Positions 39,067-56,660 of a stretch of DNA of 64,000 nt are shown piece by piece. Each line of letters opens with the position of its first letter. Positions within the stretch are counted from its first letter, which is position 1. The stretch is from assembly GCA_965207375.1 (NCBI GenBank), contig CBDBMG010000002.1, positions 160,001-224,000 of the forward strand, given 5' to 3'. The position numbers were made by a program, and so were the translations under genes. The DNA comes from Nitrosopumilaceae archaeon. Its GTDB lineage: Archaea; Thermoproteota; Nitrososphaeria; Nitrososphaerales; Nitrosopumilaceae. Under the pieces are notes generated by a model, which saw nothing but the letters and a program-made list of their open reading frames with translations, ran no database searches and had not been told where the DNA came from.

Positions 39067-39452
39067 TAATCACACGTTTATATGTAGATGCATGGAGAAC
39101 TTTTGAGATGGAAAGTTGCATCCGAGATTTTCACATTTATAAGGATATAATTGATCACCATTAGTTGGCAAAAATTAAATGTATGATAATCCTCAGGACT
39201 GTTGCGCTGTAGCTGTTGTCAAGACTACTCCAGTCGGTACTGAAACAATAGGGTACATTACCCGATGCATATCAGTGATATGCTCTTCATTCCTTCGAAA
39301 GGTTTACCAGAAAAGTTTCGCAGTAGTCTAAATTTTTTGAGGGTGAAGATTTTTGTGGATTCATGAATCACGGTTAACTCAATTGCAGTATTTGTAAATT
39401 GGAATTGTAACGGTCAACCCCAAAAGTTCCAAATACAGACAGATAGATGCAA

Positions 39453-39530
<78 letters not shown>

Positions 39531-40596
39531 GCACACATGCACGCACAGGCACATATGCATTTGTATATACGTATGTGTGTGCTGTGTGTGTTTGTTATGT
39601 TTATTTGTATGTGTAAATATGCCAGTGTGGATCTGTGTATACATATATGTAGTCATCATAGTTGGTCATAATTTTATACTGAGAAATGCTTTTGTGTATT
39701 TTGTGGGGATGTGCCTTATCAGCACAAAATTTTCCTTGTATCCATGCATCTTTCTATCCTTGAAATACTATCCATAATATGAGTTTATAGGCTATGACAA
39801 TGCCATTTCAGCATTATTGCATGCATATGCATCTTAGGGAGCTCGAGTACTATGCAAGTAACTAGTATTTACGAATTATTATGTACAAATATGAAAATTT
39901 AGCACGTACATAATGTTGGTGGGGTAAACTTCAGTAAAGTCATTCTACTTGTGCATTTTTATACTTGAATGTGAACTAATGGACAATCACAAAACTTTAT
40001 TCTGCCCATGTATAGTCACTGTTATTCCAGATTGGGTCAGTCATATTGATCTGTAAAACTAGCCCTGGACATTTGTGTTTGTTGTCATAACAATTGCTGC
40101 AGCTGTTATGACAACTGTTGCCATGTAATTGTTGTCATGACAACTGTTGCCATGCAGTTGTTGTTATGGCAGTTGTTGTTTAATAATCATGATAGATGGT
40201 GTTATCATCAATAACCATAATAATATTTGTTGTAGGTAGCAGTGATATAGCCAGTGGAAGAGTTGGCAGGATATCAATGATTTGCACTGAAGCAAGGTAA
40301 CATATAACCTATATGTTGTCTCTGAGTTTACTGTATTATGTATGTAGACCATTGATGATCAGTACAAGAGAATGAGATGATATATTGTATCATGACATAT
40401 AGATCAAAGTGACAGTTGACTTTTTTATAATAATCATCGTATGTATGTATAATTATGTGTATGCATGCATGTATTTTTGTTAGACAAAGATATGTTTAAT
40501 TAAAGTATTTCAGTGTATAGTATACACAGTGGGATAATAACGGTATTCTCGTATATGTGTTATACAACATATATAGCGCTGTACTGTACTACTGTA

Positions 40597-40766
40597 TCAT
40601 AGGGCAACTTATTTTCAAGGATAAAATTTTTTGAAGATTTCGTGGATATTTTATAGGACCCTAAAAATATTTATACTCTAAAACTTTGCTCTCTACTAGT
40701 TATATAACACTTATCAGTTTGATCCTCAAAAAATTTATCCATGAAAATTATATACTTGCCCTACGG
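40597..40766. mobile_element. Degenerate CCGTAGGGC-type MITE (partial relative at about 41140-41280)
   Basis: TA|TCATAGGGCAA ... CTTGCCCTACGG|TA. Confidence 0.55.
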
Positions 40767-43234
40767 TATTATGTGTGTTACATTTTTTTGTTAAAGTAAC
40801 AACAGTTCTAGATCATGATCATGCATGAGATATATTATACATGTGGGTGTATCTATATAATATAATTATATGCACATATATAGCGCACACATGTATGTGT
40901 GTGTACATGCAACTTAAATTTGCAGCAATTAATGTAAGCTACACCAATGATCAAACCACAGCTTTTCCTTAGTACGAGAGCCATTTTAATTTGTTAGCTC
41001 ACCACATACACGTATATACACATATGCATATTTACATGGGCAATGTATGTACAGTTACATGAGCAGGATATATATGTATATGCATGTGTTCATTAACATA
41101 CATGCATACACATATGTATGGTATGATGTGTATAGTATACCGTAGGGCGAGGATTTTGTGGATGTTTCCAGAATTTCAAAAATATTTATCCTAGAAATGT
41201 TTTGCTCTCTAGTAACCATTATTACTAACTCAAAAATTTATCCAAGAAAATTTCTATTTGAAGCAGATTTTTGTGATATCTTCAAATTGTTCAGTAGGAA
41301 GAGTCACATATTTTATTCCTGTGTGCACTCCTCACCTACAGTTACTAAACATTTTGTGGTACTGTTTTCAAGTGCTTAACACCATGTTCAAAGAGTTTTA
41401 AGCCATACTCTACTTCATAAAGAACAATTCTATATCCCAATTGGGATATTAAAACATATTTACTTTTAAATAGCCCCAGGCAGCAGAGTACAAAATACTA
41501 CAAAAGAGAACTAGCAGAATCAAATACTTACACATTTCAAGTTGTATCCTTGCATAATTGGTGTTCCCAACAGACATTCACTCTAAGCGTTTTGGACATT
41601 TAAACATTGGCATGCAAGTTATGGCAAGCCAAAAACTTGTGCATGGCTATATATATCTGTAATGAACAAACATAGCCATTGCCCCTAGTAACCTAAATAT
41701 TATATTTGGATCTCACATAATGTGTAAGTCATGAGATACGGCTTTAAATTTAATATCTGGTGTTAGCTATATATAACCCAGGTAACTAGCTACATCTTTG
41801 TTATTAATGCTCTTCCTCTGGTAGACTCTGTAATAACAAATAGCTACTCATAAATATTGTACAAATAATAATTAAGCTATGAAAGATACATGTAAGGTAG
41901 TTAGCTATGTGGCTTGACTACTGCTTTTTGCCTGAATAGTGTTGATTCTAGCAAATTCCTTTGAAGTATGGTACATTCCATAATAAAAATGTACAGCAAA
42001 TAAACAAACATGACCACAGTTTGTTTAGCTAGTAGGCATATGTAGTATACTGGAATTTATATGGCCACTTTAAAATTAATGTGGTGGTTATTGGCCACTA
42101 ATAAGTGTAGCATTTATCACTTGAATGGTACCTCATGATTGACCAGTGTGCCAAGCTTCAAAAGTAGGATGAATCAGCACTGGGTCAGGGCATAACTAAT
42201 ATAGGCAGTAAAATAACACTATTTGAGTATCCAAAGCATGTTTTGTTCACTTGCCCAAATGGAAAGTCAGCCATCTTTGAATTAGCAATGTTTTATGCAC
42301 TTCAAGACACATTCTGTGCCTCCTATGATTATGTAGCTATACACGTAGCCACACGTAATGTATAATACTACATCAACACACAGAACATATACCATAACAC
42401 GTAAAAGCACACAGAGAAATCTCCATAAAGAGTAAAGCATTTTAACAGTGTCTATTTTTCCTATCATTCCTTAAAGGTGGTGGTCACTATAATGATAAGT
42501 TGGCTGTGCAATTTGCGGCACGTGTGTTAACATCATATCTAGATTGTATGTTGTGGGTATCCACAGCTATCCACCGCCACCTTTAAGGAATGCTGGGCCC
42601 TATCAGAGGCAAAAGAGTTCCTAAATTTCATGATAGGCCAAGGTGAATAATTTTTTGTTCTTTTACAGTGTATAAATACGTGCTATGTGCTAGCAATTCC
42701 TTTGAAGTGTGGCTTCTAGTAGAACAATAAAATGTGACCACAGTTTGATGTATATACCGCTATTACTGTAAACCACAACATGAATTTATAATGCATGCAA
42801 CCAGTCCAATGAAGTGTTATAAAGTTGACTGACTACTGTGTTTGTTCCAAAGGGATTATTCAGCCATCCAGTATAAGTATTATATTGTTTTGACAAGAAA
42901 AGTGTTGAGAATGCATGCATTGAAGCCACGTAGCTACATTAGAACATCTATCAAACCTTTGTTTAAGTTGTTATTAACGTTTCCCTTTGTTTTTTTTGTT
43001 TAACGTTTCACAAAATATAATGATTTTAAAAAACATTTTGCCAAGGGTGCTTTTTGTACAATACATATTTGATGCCTTTAGCTACAATAAAACTGTCTCT
43101 ATAATAATATAACAGCCTTAGCTTTATAATAAACAATGAATGTACAATGAAATAGAGATACTATTGATAGCTATAGCTAGATAGCTATATTAAATGCAAA
43201 TTCCTATCGCTATATGCATGACAACTAGTCAATT

Positions 43235-43330
43235 AATTGGCATGGATTCCTATGGCCATGGATTCCTCAGTCCATATCTTTCTTTTTTGGTTGGCCTTCC
43301 TTTATTCTTTTTAGCTGACATATCCATTTC
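43235..43330 (-). pseudogene. pogo transposase N-terminal HTH_psq remnant
   Basis: Minus strand MSAKKNKGRPT(K)RKIWTEESMA with one frameshift in an A-run, similar to the RKxWTEExMxxA pipsqueak-type HTH start. Confidence 0.5.
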
Positions 43331-44472
43331 AATGTTTCTGAAACAATGTATGCTGTCCCAAACTTGATGATTGTAATATAGCCATGTCATGTACATTATA
43401 ATAGATAACATGACATGGCATGGCAATTAGCTTTGGCTGTGTTGCATATAGAGTGAATCATCACTGTGGTGACTTACTCTATGGTCTATGGTGTATATGG
43501 TGCAACACCCTTGCAGTAAATTAACCACCATTCAAATCCCATTTGACACTTCATATTTTACTGGCTCCATAATCTATAATCAAAGCTATACTCATACAAG
43601 CGCCCTCACCTTATGATGTAGCATACGTTCGAGCGAGTTCGAGAGTGGTTTTCAGTGGTAGATTAGTTCCAGCAAATTCATCTTACTGGTGTGTATGTAC
43701 ATTACAATTACTAGTATGGTGTATCCTGTGGCCTCCCACATGCATAATTCAACACTTGCTGAGGCATTAAAATTGTGTCAGGTTAGTGCCGTTATTGTTA
43801 AACCCTGCATTCTTGCATTTGAATAACAATAGTAAGATTCACAAATATATCCCTTATGTGTATGCTACCACTATTGGAACAGAGGATCGGAGGACAAGAC
43901 ATAGGCTGAGTCAGCAATGATGAGAACACATTTGGATATTTTTAAACTTGTTTTTTATTATTTTGTTTATTATACAGCTGTAACATGCATGAACATGCAA
44001 GGTAACATCCTTCAATGTAAGGTCATTCTTGTAAACATAGCACAGCCTTTTTATAAACAATATAAAATTCTATAAAAACACTAGCATCTCCACGTGATTT
44101 ACCACTGGAAGCCTTAACAAATAAAACCATAGCGATGGTGTGTATATATATTAAAGGGACAGTGAATTGTTTACGAAGCTTCAAGCACACATTTACGTAC
44201 TTGTCCAACACAAGTTGGATCAACATGGCAATCTTCTATTAAATACTTCACTATGTTCAAATGGCCTTTAGCTGATGCTACATGAAGTAGTTCTCCTACA
44301 CCCTGCATGTACACAAATGTATATACGTACGTATACGTAAGTACGTATATAGAATGTTAAAATTTCTGTTATATTAACATACATGGACATATGTGTGTGT
44401 GTATATACGTACCTCCATTGGAGTTCTAGGGTTGACTTTTAATTCATCAATCAAATACGTATTTCACAATAT

Positions 44473-44699
44473 GTGACCGAGTCTGCGAAAACCAGTCTTA
44501 TCTGCACATAAAATTTGGCTTAATTTTGAGCCTTTCAAATTTAATAACTCTTTTTCCTAACATAGTACTTTATCAGAAATTTCATCATATACACAAAATT
44601 TCCTAAGGAATTCAATAAAACTTACAGATATTGTATAACCCATACAGAAAAAGAGATAGATATTGTGCAGATAAGACCTGTTTTCGTAGACTCGGTCAC
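44473..44699. mobile_element. GTGAC MITE, ATAT TSD, inserted in an ankyrin exon
   Basis: GTGACCGAGTCTGCGAAAACCAGTCTTATCTGCACA / TGTGCAGATAAGACCTGTTTTCGTAGACTCGGTCAC; ATAT on both sides. Confidence 0.9.
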
Positions 44700-45060
44700 A
44701 TATGCAGTAGTCCTTCACGAACAGCAATATGTATTGGCTGCTTACCATCCTACACACACAGTCATACATACGTATGTACGTACGTATTGATATAAAATAC
44801 GTATTGTACAGTAAAAGCTACATACGTATACTCTTGCTTGTACTGATTCCTATGTTTTGTACAGATGTTTAACTCATTTTATAGCTACATACCTACATAT
44901 CATAAACTCTCAAAAAGTGCATTAGTTACATTCATATATGCCCGAGGTGATATACGTAAACAACTGCTGTTTTGTGTGGTCAAAATTTCAGTCCATAAGC
45001 TGTCAACAAATAAATCATGACTGACTGAAATTCTAAACTGTAGCATATCATAATATGTAT

Positions 45061-45347
45061 TGGGGATGGACAATTAACCAGTTTGGCGTATTAATCATGA
45101 CATTTCCATTGTTATCAATCGATATCGTGCAGTTTTACTAATAAAAATAATCGTGAGAAGCAATAATCATGTAAAATCATGATAATCAGCACTTATCATA
45201 ATCAATTTTGGTGTGTTTAGACACATTTGTGGACAGTGTGACACATTTCTAGACATTTTTCAATACAAATACAGTTAAATTAATAATCATGATAATCGTG
45301 ACCTTTACGATAATCGCATGCCAAAATGCCAATTTCACCCATCCCTA
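45061..45347. mobile_element. hAT MITE
   Basis: TGGGGATGG / CCATCCCTA ends; TSD ATATGTAT/ATACGTAT (7 of 8 match); ATAATC(G/A)T subterminal repeats. Confidence 0.7.
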
Positions 45348-45480
45348 ATACGTATCTAAGTAGAGGTACCATTATAGAAAATTTGGCTTCTACTGATACC
45401 TGATAATATGTATTTATATCAAATTCTGCTGATACTGATAGCCAACCCGATATACATACGTACACCAGTGTTATGCATTA

Positions 45481-45777
45481 GGCCAAACAAAGTTAAAAAT
45501 ATGTTTCTGGTCCTCCTGCCTGGTCATTTTTGCCAAGCAGTAAAACATTTTTTATTAACCATACAAATAATTTTGTGGATAGCTTTACATAAAAAAATGA
45601 AAATTAAGCTAACTTTATAATGGATGAAAGAAATATTGTGTATAATGAATAAAAATAACCAGTTCTAGTTTTAAATCTTGACAAAATTTGAAATAAAATT
45701 TAAAATAAAAAGCCTGGTCACCTGATCAATTTTAAGGGATGCCTGGATCAGAAACAGATATTTACCTTTGTGCGGCC
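45481..45777. mobile_element. PIF/Harbinger-like MITE, TTA TSD
   Basis: TTA|GGCCAAACAAAGTTAAAAATATGTTTCTGGTCC ... GGATCAGAAACAGATATTTACCTTTGTGCGGCC|TTA. Confidence 0.72.
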
Positions 45778-46298
45778 TTACTACAATTTATACATTACAT
45801 GTACATACGTATGGGTGCACTAACTTTTGAGACAGGGGTACAAACAGGTATTTACTAGCTGAAAGGAAGCCAATTTTGCATGCTAATTTGCTATTTGCAG
45901 TAACACAGTCATTATAATAGCTCTTACTAAGTGAATACAATGCCATTAAAATTAATTAGAATTTAGCTAAATAAATAGAATACAACAAATTGCAAATCCA
46001 CATTGACAAGAAATAAAGATACTTGCCATTTCTTTGAATAAACATATCCACTGACAACCAATTCCAGACTAAATCTTGGTGATGAATTGCTTTAATTGAC
46101 AGAGATTGGAGGGCACGAAGATGACAGTTTCTATCAAAGTAATTACATAAGCGTAGCCATCATCAGGATACAAGGCAAAAACACAATTAAGAAGTGTTAG
46201 TAACCTACTCAACAGCAGCACACTTTTAGTTGCATTTCAAATAAAAATTAATTTTGCATGTGTTAGAATCTCAGTTCTCTGGGTTTGTTATACCGATT

Positions 46299-47189
46299 CA
46301 GGGGCGGATCCAGGGGGGTCATAGGGGTCAGATGACCCCCCTTCCAATCTATGCTTATTCTAAAACAAGCGCTTCAAATAATTATTCTAATAGGCGCTAA
46401 AATAATTATTAATTTGTTGTACTATAAAGCGCAAGAACCGGCTAGATTATGTCTGGGGATTCACATAAAAATTATGCACTAGCTCATAGAGCATTCTTTA
46501 TAACTAAAAGATTAGTTAAATTGCTGACCTGGAATCAGCTAGCTACTGTGATGAATACCCGATACAAGCGCCGCTAAAATATTTTCGATGATTATTTCCT
46601 TGCAAGCACTGGCTACCGTAATATGGCGGATAAGGAGATTAATCAACGTGCATTTGATTCGATGCGGTAAATGATATACTGAAGAGGGATCTCATGAGGA
46701 GGTTGCGCGTCTTTTCTCCCAGGAATTTGAACGTGCGGCTTGCCAGTGGCCCTTTTTGAACTGATGATAGGGCAGAATAACTCAAACTCGAGTTCAAACT
46801 AAAGGTACTATGGTGGATGAAATAATAAATTGTGAGTATTAACAAGATAATACACTACTCAGTCTCAGTGATTTGAATTTTTGCTCACGCGAGTGCTCAC
46901 GTGATGAATCGTCTGCAGAAGATTTTTGATAACAGAAAAGAAGAATCATGTAGTGCACAGGGTTTTAGTATAAATAACTAACCATGCACACGTAGCTTAT
47001 AGCTAGCTATACAATTGGTGAGCTGCAGGAACAGCAGCGAGTAGATTCATGCATCTATAGCTTTCAGTAGGTTACAATGCACTTCGTTTAAAATAATAAT
47101 GTGAATAATTGCAATATGTATATAATATAATTTATACATATAACCATTGCCTTGTGACCCCCCTTTGAAAAATCCTGGATCCGCCCCTG
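46299..47189. mobile_element. hAT-like non-autonomous element with apparent 6-bp TSD
   Basis: Perfect 17-bp TIR CAGGGGCGGATCCAGG(G/A); CCGATT directly flanks both ends. Confidence 0.85.
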
Positions 47190-47893
47190 CCGATTACCGA
47201 TGTGGTAAAAATAAGCATATCGGCAGCCAATATTTTGCTGACCCGATAATCGGTACACCTCTAATCATAAGGCTGGTTTACTTTGAGTATCTCAGAGTAA
47301 CAGTTTTCAAGGGTACGGATTTTCAGTGATCGTTGTTCCCCAAATAACCTTCTTTTCTTTGTTTCCTTAATAGCTATGAGTTTTAAATTAAAATTTTTGA
47401 TGGTCTTTAAACCGCAAAATTTTGTCTCTAAAAAATGACAGAGTAGCTATGCTACACACAACGAACTGATTTATATGCTCCATACTACTTTAATTCTTAT
47501 CCATATAATTATAAACCTCACCTCATTGCAAGCCGTTGGGGAAACAGTTGTCTCTTCAAAAACTTTTCTCACCTCCTCGACTGATCCAGTTTTGAGTGCT
47601 GCAAACAACTTCTCCATTACAATAATTATTTCTGTGTGTCTACTTGAATCTCCTGTTAATTAATAACATGCCAATTTTTAATACTACTAAGCCATGTAGT
47701 AGAGGTGGTAACAAGTCTACATAATGCAACACACGCATACACTACAATGCGTGAAATTTTTGTGGTGTTTGATTTTGCAATAATTACAATCCATGAACTT
47801 CTTTATTACATTGGGTTATATTCACCTTCGAGGAGAATCTTATGGTATGGTATATGTACAGATACATAATATACATACGTACGTAGATAAAAT

Positions 47894-48509
47894 GTGACCA
47901 GTTCTGCAAAAATTAACCATGTGAAGCGTAAAACTGTATTCCACTTTATTGTACAAGCTTATACGTACGTAGCTACACTTAAGAACTATCCATGTATAGC
48001 ATCTCTACTGCGTGGCCAGTGGGTCTGCTTTCCTGGATGGCATTTTGCTGATTCTGTAAAGTCAAGAATGTGAGAATGGCAAATATAGTTGGCACCAATC
48101 AGATAACTGGGACTTGGAACTGCTCCCATTGCTGGTTGTGTAGATGCCTCCTTGGTCTCGCAGAGTGGTATAATATAGTTGCCTTGTACTTTTGGTGGCT
48201 CTTCCTACTCTAAACAATTCCTTACAGTTTTTTGAGCTACCTCGCACCCCTCCATCCCACTCACCTACCCCCTTGCTATGCTGGCCTAAAATTAGTGCCC
48301 ACCTAAAAGAAGTCATCTCAAAAGCCCTGAAATCTACCCATCAGCCACTTGTAAGGTTAGCTATATGAAAGTTAATAGATTACTAAGTTTGTTACTGCTA
48401 ATAAAACTCGGCCAATTAATTAACTTGTTTTTAAAATGGTATATGTACGTATTTCTCGAAATAATACCATGTGCATAGCTACATGGCTGATTTTCCCAGA
48501 CCCGGTCAC
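47894..48509. mobile_element. GTGAC-family element
   Basis: AAAT|GTGACCAGTTCTGCAAAAATTAACCATGT ... ACATGGCTGATTTTCCCAGACCCGGTCAC|AAAC. Confidence 0.72.
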
Positions 48510-49759
48510 AAACTTTTGTGCAGCTGCCAGCTAGTGCTCATTGACAAATTATAAAACATTAACAAGTTATAGCTACTCTAGCTATATATTACGTATTATG
48601 TAATTTGCTGTTATAATTATGTTTGGTGAAGTTGCAAATTGGTGTTTACTGTAAATTATCTATGGTTAGCAATTATAGCTATACCTTTAAATCGGTGCAC
48701 CCAGAAAGCAAAATTGTTTTCAATACTGGCCCATCCAGTTCTTCACCTGATTCAGTGCCGTCTCCTACATTTTTACCACCGTTTCTGTCAACTCGAAAAA
48801 ATAAAGTCCTCTACTTAAACATTTAAATATGCTTATTTGGTATTCTAATTAAAGCACATCACGTCGGGCATTGTAAAATGGGATTGCTTGTAAAGTTGTG
48901 AGTTGAGTTCTGGAATAAACTCTGTGCCATTAACTTATATGTGCCTTAGTAAGGAATGGAATGGCTTAACAAGCAAGTCATACTTTGTATACCCAGAGGT
49001 ATACCCTCAATTCGACCCGCCTGCATGCGTTTACCACATAGATGCATGTACTTACACACCCTCTATGCAAGATCACTTTCATAACTGTAGTTAACACATT
49101 TACAGTCTCAGTACACAGGCGAGCCAGATTCATTTTTGTGTAAGGGTGTTATTTCACGAACCCCGGCCACAACAAAAATGACTGGTCACTCGGAGTGAGA
49201 CAGAGTCGTGAGACTATAAATGCCAGAAGTAAATAGACGCAACTCATGTGACATCATCATCATGGTGTATATCAAAACAATGATAATTAAATTTATTTAG
49301 TAATGATCATGAATAAAGCCATAGTGTGATAAGAAAAGCAATTACGGTGGAAGTTGTATACAACTTTGGACCAGCCAAAAGTGTATCAAGTTTTCAGGTC
49401 AATTAAAGTACTATAAAGGGCTACTTTGCATGGGATCTTAAACAAGTGTGTGGATTATGCAGTTGTAGGTTCCACTGTAGATCTTCCTTGGAATCCCAGG
49501 GTAATCATCTATAGCGAAGATGATATTTCAACACAACATGCACAATCAGATTTTGTAGATTCAGCAAAGCCACAGTGCATAAAGAAGTGGTCTTGCGTGG
49601 TCAGACCTAAACTGACACAGCACCTTATAGTATAAGGGCTCACACTACGTATATTCAAGTCTGGATAACTTATATAGTATAGCAAGTTCATTCAGGCTGT
49701 CATCTCAAATACAGTGGATGTTGGTTAGTTGAAAGAGTATGCAGGCACTTTAGATGACA

Positions 49760-50060
49760 CTGCAGCAGTATTATACTGCCATGCACTGGCATATCAGACT
49801 AATGCAGCCATAGTTGCCACAAACATGTTAGAATGATGCAATTTTCCTATGTCACAGTTGCCGCTGCTGTGTTATATAGATGCATACAGTTCTGCTGTGT
49901 CACATCACTGCCACTGCGTTATACTGATGCAGCTTTGCTGCATCACAGTTGGTGCCGTCATGTTAAAAATAATGCAGTTCTGCTGTGTCATATAGTTGCC
50001 GCTGCTACCATATAATGATGCAACTTTGCTGCATCACAGATGCTTATTTCACAGTTGCCT
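49760..50060. repeat. Degenerate tandem repeat
   Basis: Recurring GATGCA(G/A)(T/C)T(C/T)TGCTG(T/C)(G/A)TCACAGTTGCC units. Confidence 0.55.
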
Positions 50061-50770
50061 AAATACTCCATTCCCAGTAGAGAGGAATATGGTAGTACAG
50101 CCACCACAACCACTTGGTTAATGGTAACTTTATAGTGTTGCTGTTGCAAGGAAACAGGATACAGTGATGTGTTACTAGAAAGGGTAAGCAACAAGTTTTG
50201 ACCATTATTTAAAATTTATATAATTAGGGGATCGTTAAAACCCGGACCGGAACGGAACGGACCGGACTAAAGATGTCCAATGTATGCTCTACCTGTCATA
50301 CTACTTTCAGCCTGAAGTAAACACTTGAATGTATTTGAGAAAGGCTATTACACTGCAGGTTGAAAGTTGCCATAACTTGGACCCCCTTGAAATGATTTGC
50401 ATAAACTTTCAGATACACAATCTCTATTGATGTACCACTCTGTAGTAAAAGTTAAAAAAATATTGTAGGCGTGAGTTTATCAAAATTAAGCTTCAAAGTT
50501 AAATCTACAGTACTGATTGTGTGAAGCATTGTAAATAGGTATGTGTGAATCAGCTGAGGGACTGAAAGCTTTATCTTTCTAACTATTTGAATGACATATG
50601 CCATTTTCTGAATGATATATGGTGAAAGTCAATTGGCAAGTAGCAGCAGCAGCAACAGCATAAGGATGAAGCGAAGCTGAGTACTATCATGTTGTAGTAA
50701 GAATCCTAATTTTTAACAACTTCTCCAACAACTTCTTCATAATATTTTCTTAGAATCTCTAACAAAAAGA

Positions 50771-51210
50771 AGTGATATGCTAAACAAAAACACCTTGGGT
50801 GTAAAAAAAGTGCGAAGCCAATCAGAAGCTACAATGGTTATATAAGCGACCAAAAACTCTGATATCAAGTAAGGCCAAGAAGTTGAACAGATTATTAAGA
50901 ATTCTTTCACTTGAATGACATACAATAGTTTACAGGGTACTTTCACAACTATGATTGGCTTTGTCACATGGCCACTTTTTTGTACTAGCTATCATCTTTT
51001 ATAAGGTGGCCAAGTGACAAAGCCAATCATAGTTGTGAAAGTGCCCTGTAAACTATTGTATGTCATTCAAGTGAAAGAATTCTTAATAAACTGTTTAACT
51101 TCTTGGCCTTACTTGATATCAGAGTTTTTGGTCGCTTATATAACCATTGTAGCTTCTGATTGGCTTCGCACTTTTTTTACACCCAAGGTGTTTTTGTTTA
51201 GCATATTACT
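50771..51210. mobile_element. 440-bp near-perfect palindromic (foldback) MITE
   Basis: Arms of about 205 bp, AGTGATATGCTAAACAAAAACACCTTGGGTGT... / ...ACACCCAAGGTGTTTTTGTTTAGCATATTACT, with a ~30-bp spacer. They produce the mirror-image ORFs 50737-50967(-) and 51014-51310(+). Confidence 0.92.
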
Positions 51211-51417
51211 AACATGCTTCACACATAAGATCTTCAGGGAGCTAAAACCATACATATGTATGTTAAGTGTATGTATGTATGTATGTGACAAAACATTAGG
51301 CACACTATGACATCAGGTGTATGTATGTATATAACAAAACATGTGATGGAGTCTGAGAAAACCAGTCTTATCTACATACATAAAATACACCTTTTCATAT
51401 TATGGTACATATGTATG

Positions 51418-55915
<4,498 letters not shown>

Positions 55916-55988
55916 ACTGTAGAGTCAGGTTATTAAGTGCACATAGTGGTTGTTAGGTGCATGCATATTACTTGTTGTTAACTAAGGC

Positions 55989-56279
55989 CAGTGCTAGAAA
56001 TAAGTAGTAAAATATGCTAAGACAGATTGTCTGATCAAAAGAGATTTTGATCAGACATTTATGTAATTTGTTAAGACAGTAACATACTGCCGGATCTCTT
56101 AAAATTTAAACCAGTTAGTATTAACATGTCCATGTATTGAACAGTGTTGAGGACTGGTGATTCTGACAGTCAGAGTGGTTTCTGCTTGGACATTTTGTCC
56201 GACCAAAACCAAAATTGTTCAGAAAAATGTCAATTTTGGTCGGAAAATGTCCGATGTCCGACCACTATTTCAAGCACTG
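55989..56279. mobile_element. CAGTGC...GCACTG MITE
   Basis: CAGTGCTAGAAATA / TATTTCAAGCACTG; TGTC(C/T)GA and TC(A/G)GACA subterminal repeats; flanks TAAGGC/TAAGGT. Confidence 0.7.
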
Positions 56280-56319
56280 TAAGGTTGATAAGCACATGTG
56301 ACCAGGAACGAGGCAATGT

Positions 56320-56660
56320 TACACAGAGAAGCTGAAAGTCACTCAGTGGTATTGGAATAATGGTCAAAATTTATACCAAACTTGCAAAAAGTTCGAGCTG
56401 AACTCCAAAACAGTGTTATGGTAGATTAAGGATGAAAGAAGATAAAAAAAACAGCAGGAAGGGCCGTAAACATGTTAAATCTGAGCGAACATTTGCCATG
56501 GAAGACACTTTGTATAAAGAATACCGCAGCCTTTAGCAACGAGGGATAAAAGCTAACGGCTGGTGATTTAAAGCAAGGGCAAAGCAGCTGCTTCAAGTAA
56601 CACTTGTGGAGTCTCAGTTCAAGTTTTCCAATGCATGGTTTGATGGCTTCAAGCAGTGTT
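56320..56660 (+). pseudogene. pogo/Tigger transposase N-terminal DNA-binding region, decayed
   Basis: EKLKVTQWYWNNGQNLYQTCKKFELNSKTVLW*IKDE...MEDTLYKEYRSL*QRGIKANGW*FKARAKQL...FKFSNAWFDGFKQ, consistent with an HTH plus a CENP-B/Tc5-type HTH, with stops. Confidence 0.8.

Larger units (their letters stand above)
44201..47617 (-). pseudogene. Ankyrin-repeat protein gene, disrupted
   Basis: Phase-0 exons: 47617-47522 MEKLFAALKTGSVEEVRKVFEETTVSPTACNE; about 44749-44413 DGKQPIHIAVREGLLHI/VKYLIDELKVNPRTPME, split by a MITE and a 4-bp insertion; 44302-44201 GVGELLHVASAKGHLNIVKYLIEDCHVDPTCVGQ. There is a probable upstream exon with a donor at about 48687. Confidence 0.82.

Noticed and set aside
42465-42592. 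Kolobok MITE with TTAA TSD
   Set aside because: The inverted repeat extends beyond TTAA (CATTCCTTAA...TTAAGGAATG), so TTAA cannot be called the TSD; left unclassified.
50737-51310. Two near-identical divergent ORFs
   Set aside because: Mirror images produced by a palindromic MITE; GTG starts and no protein features.
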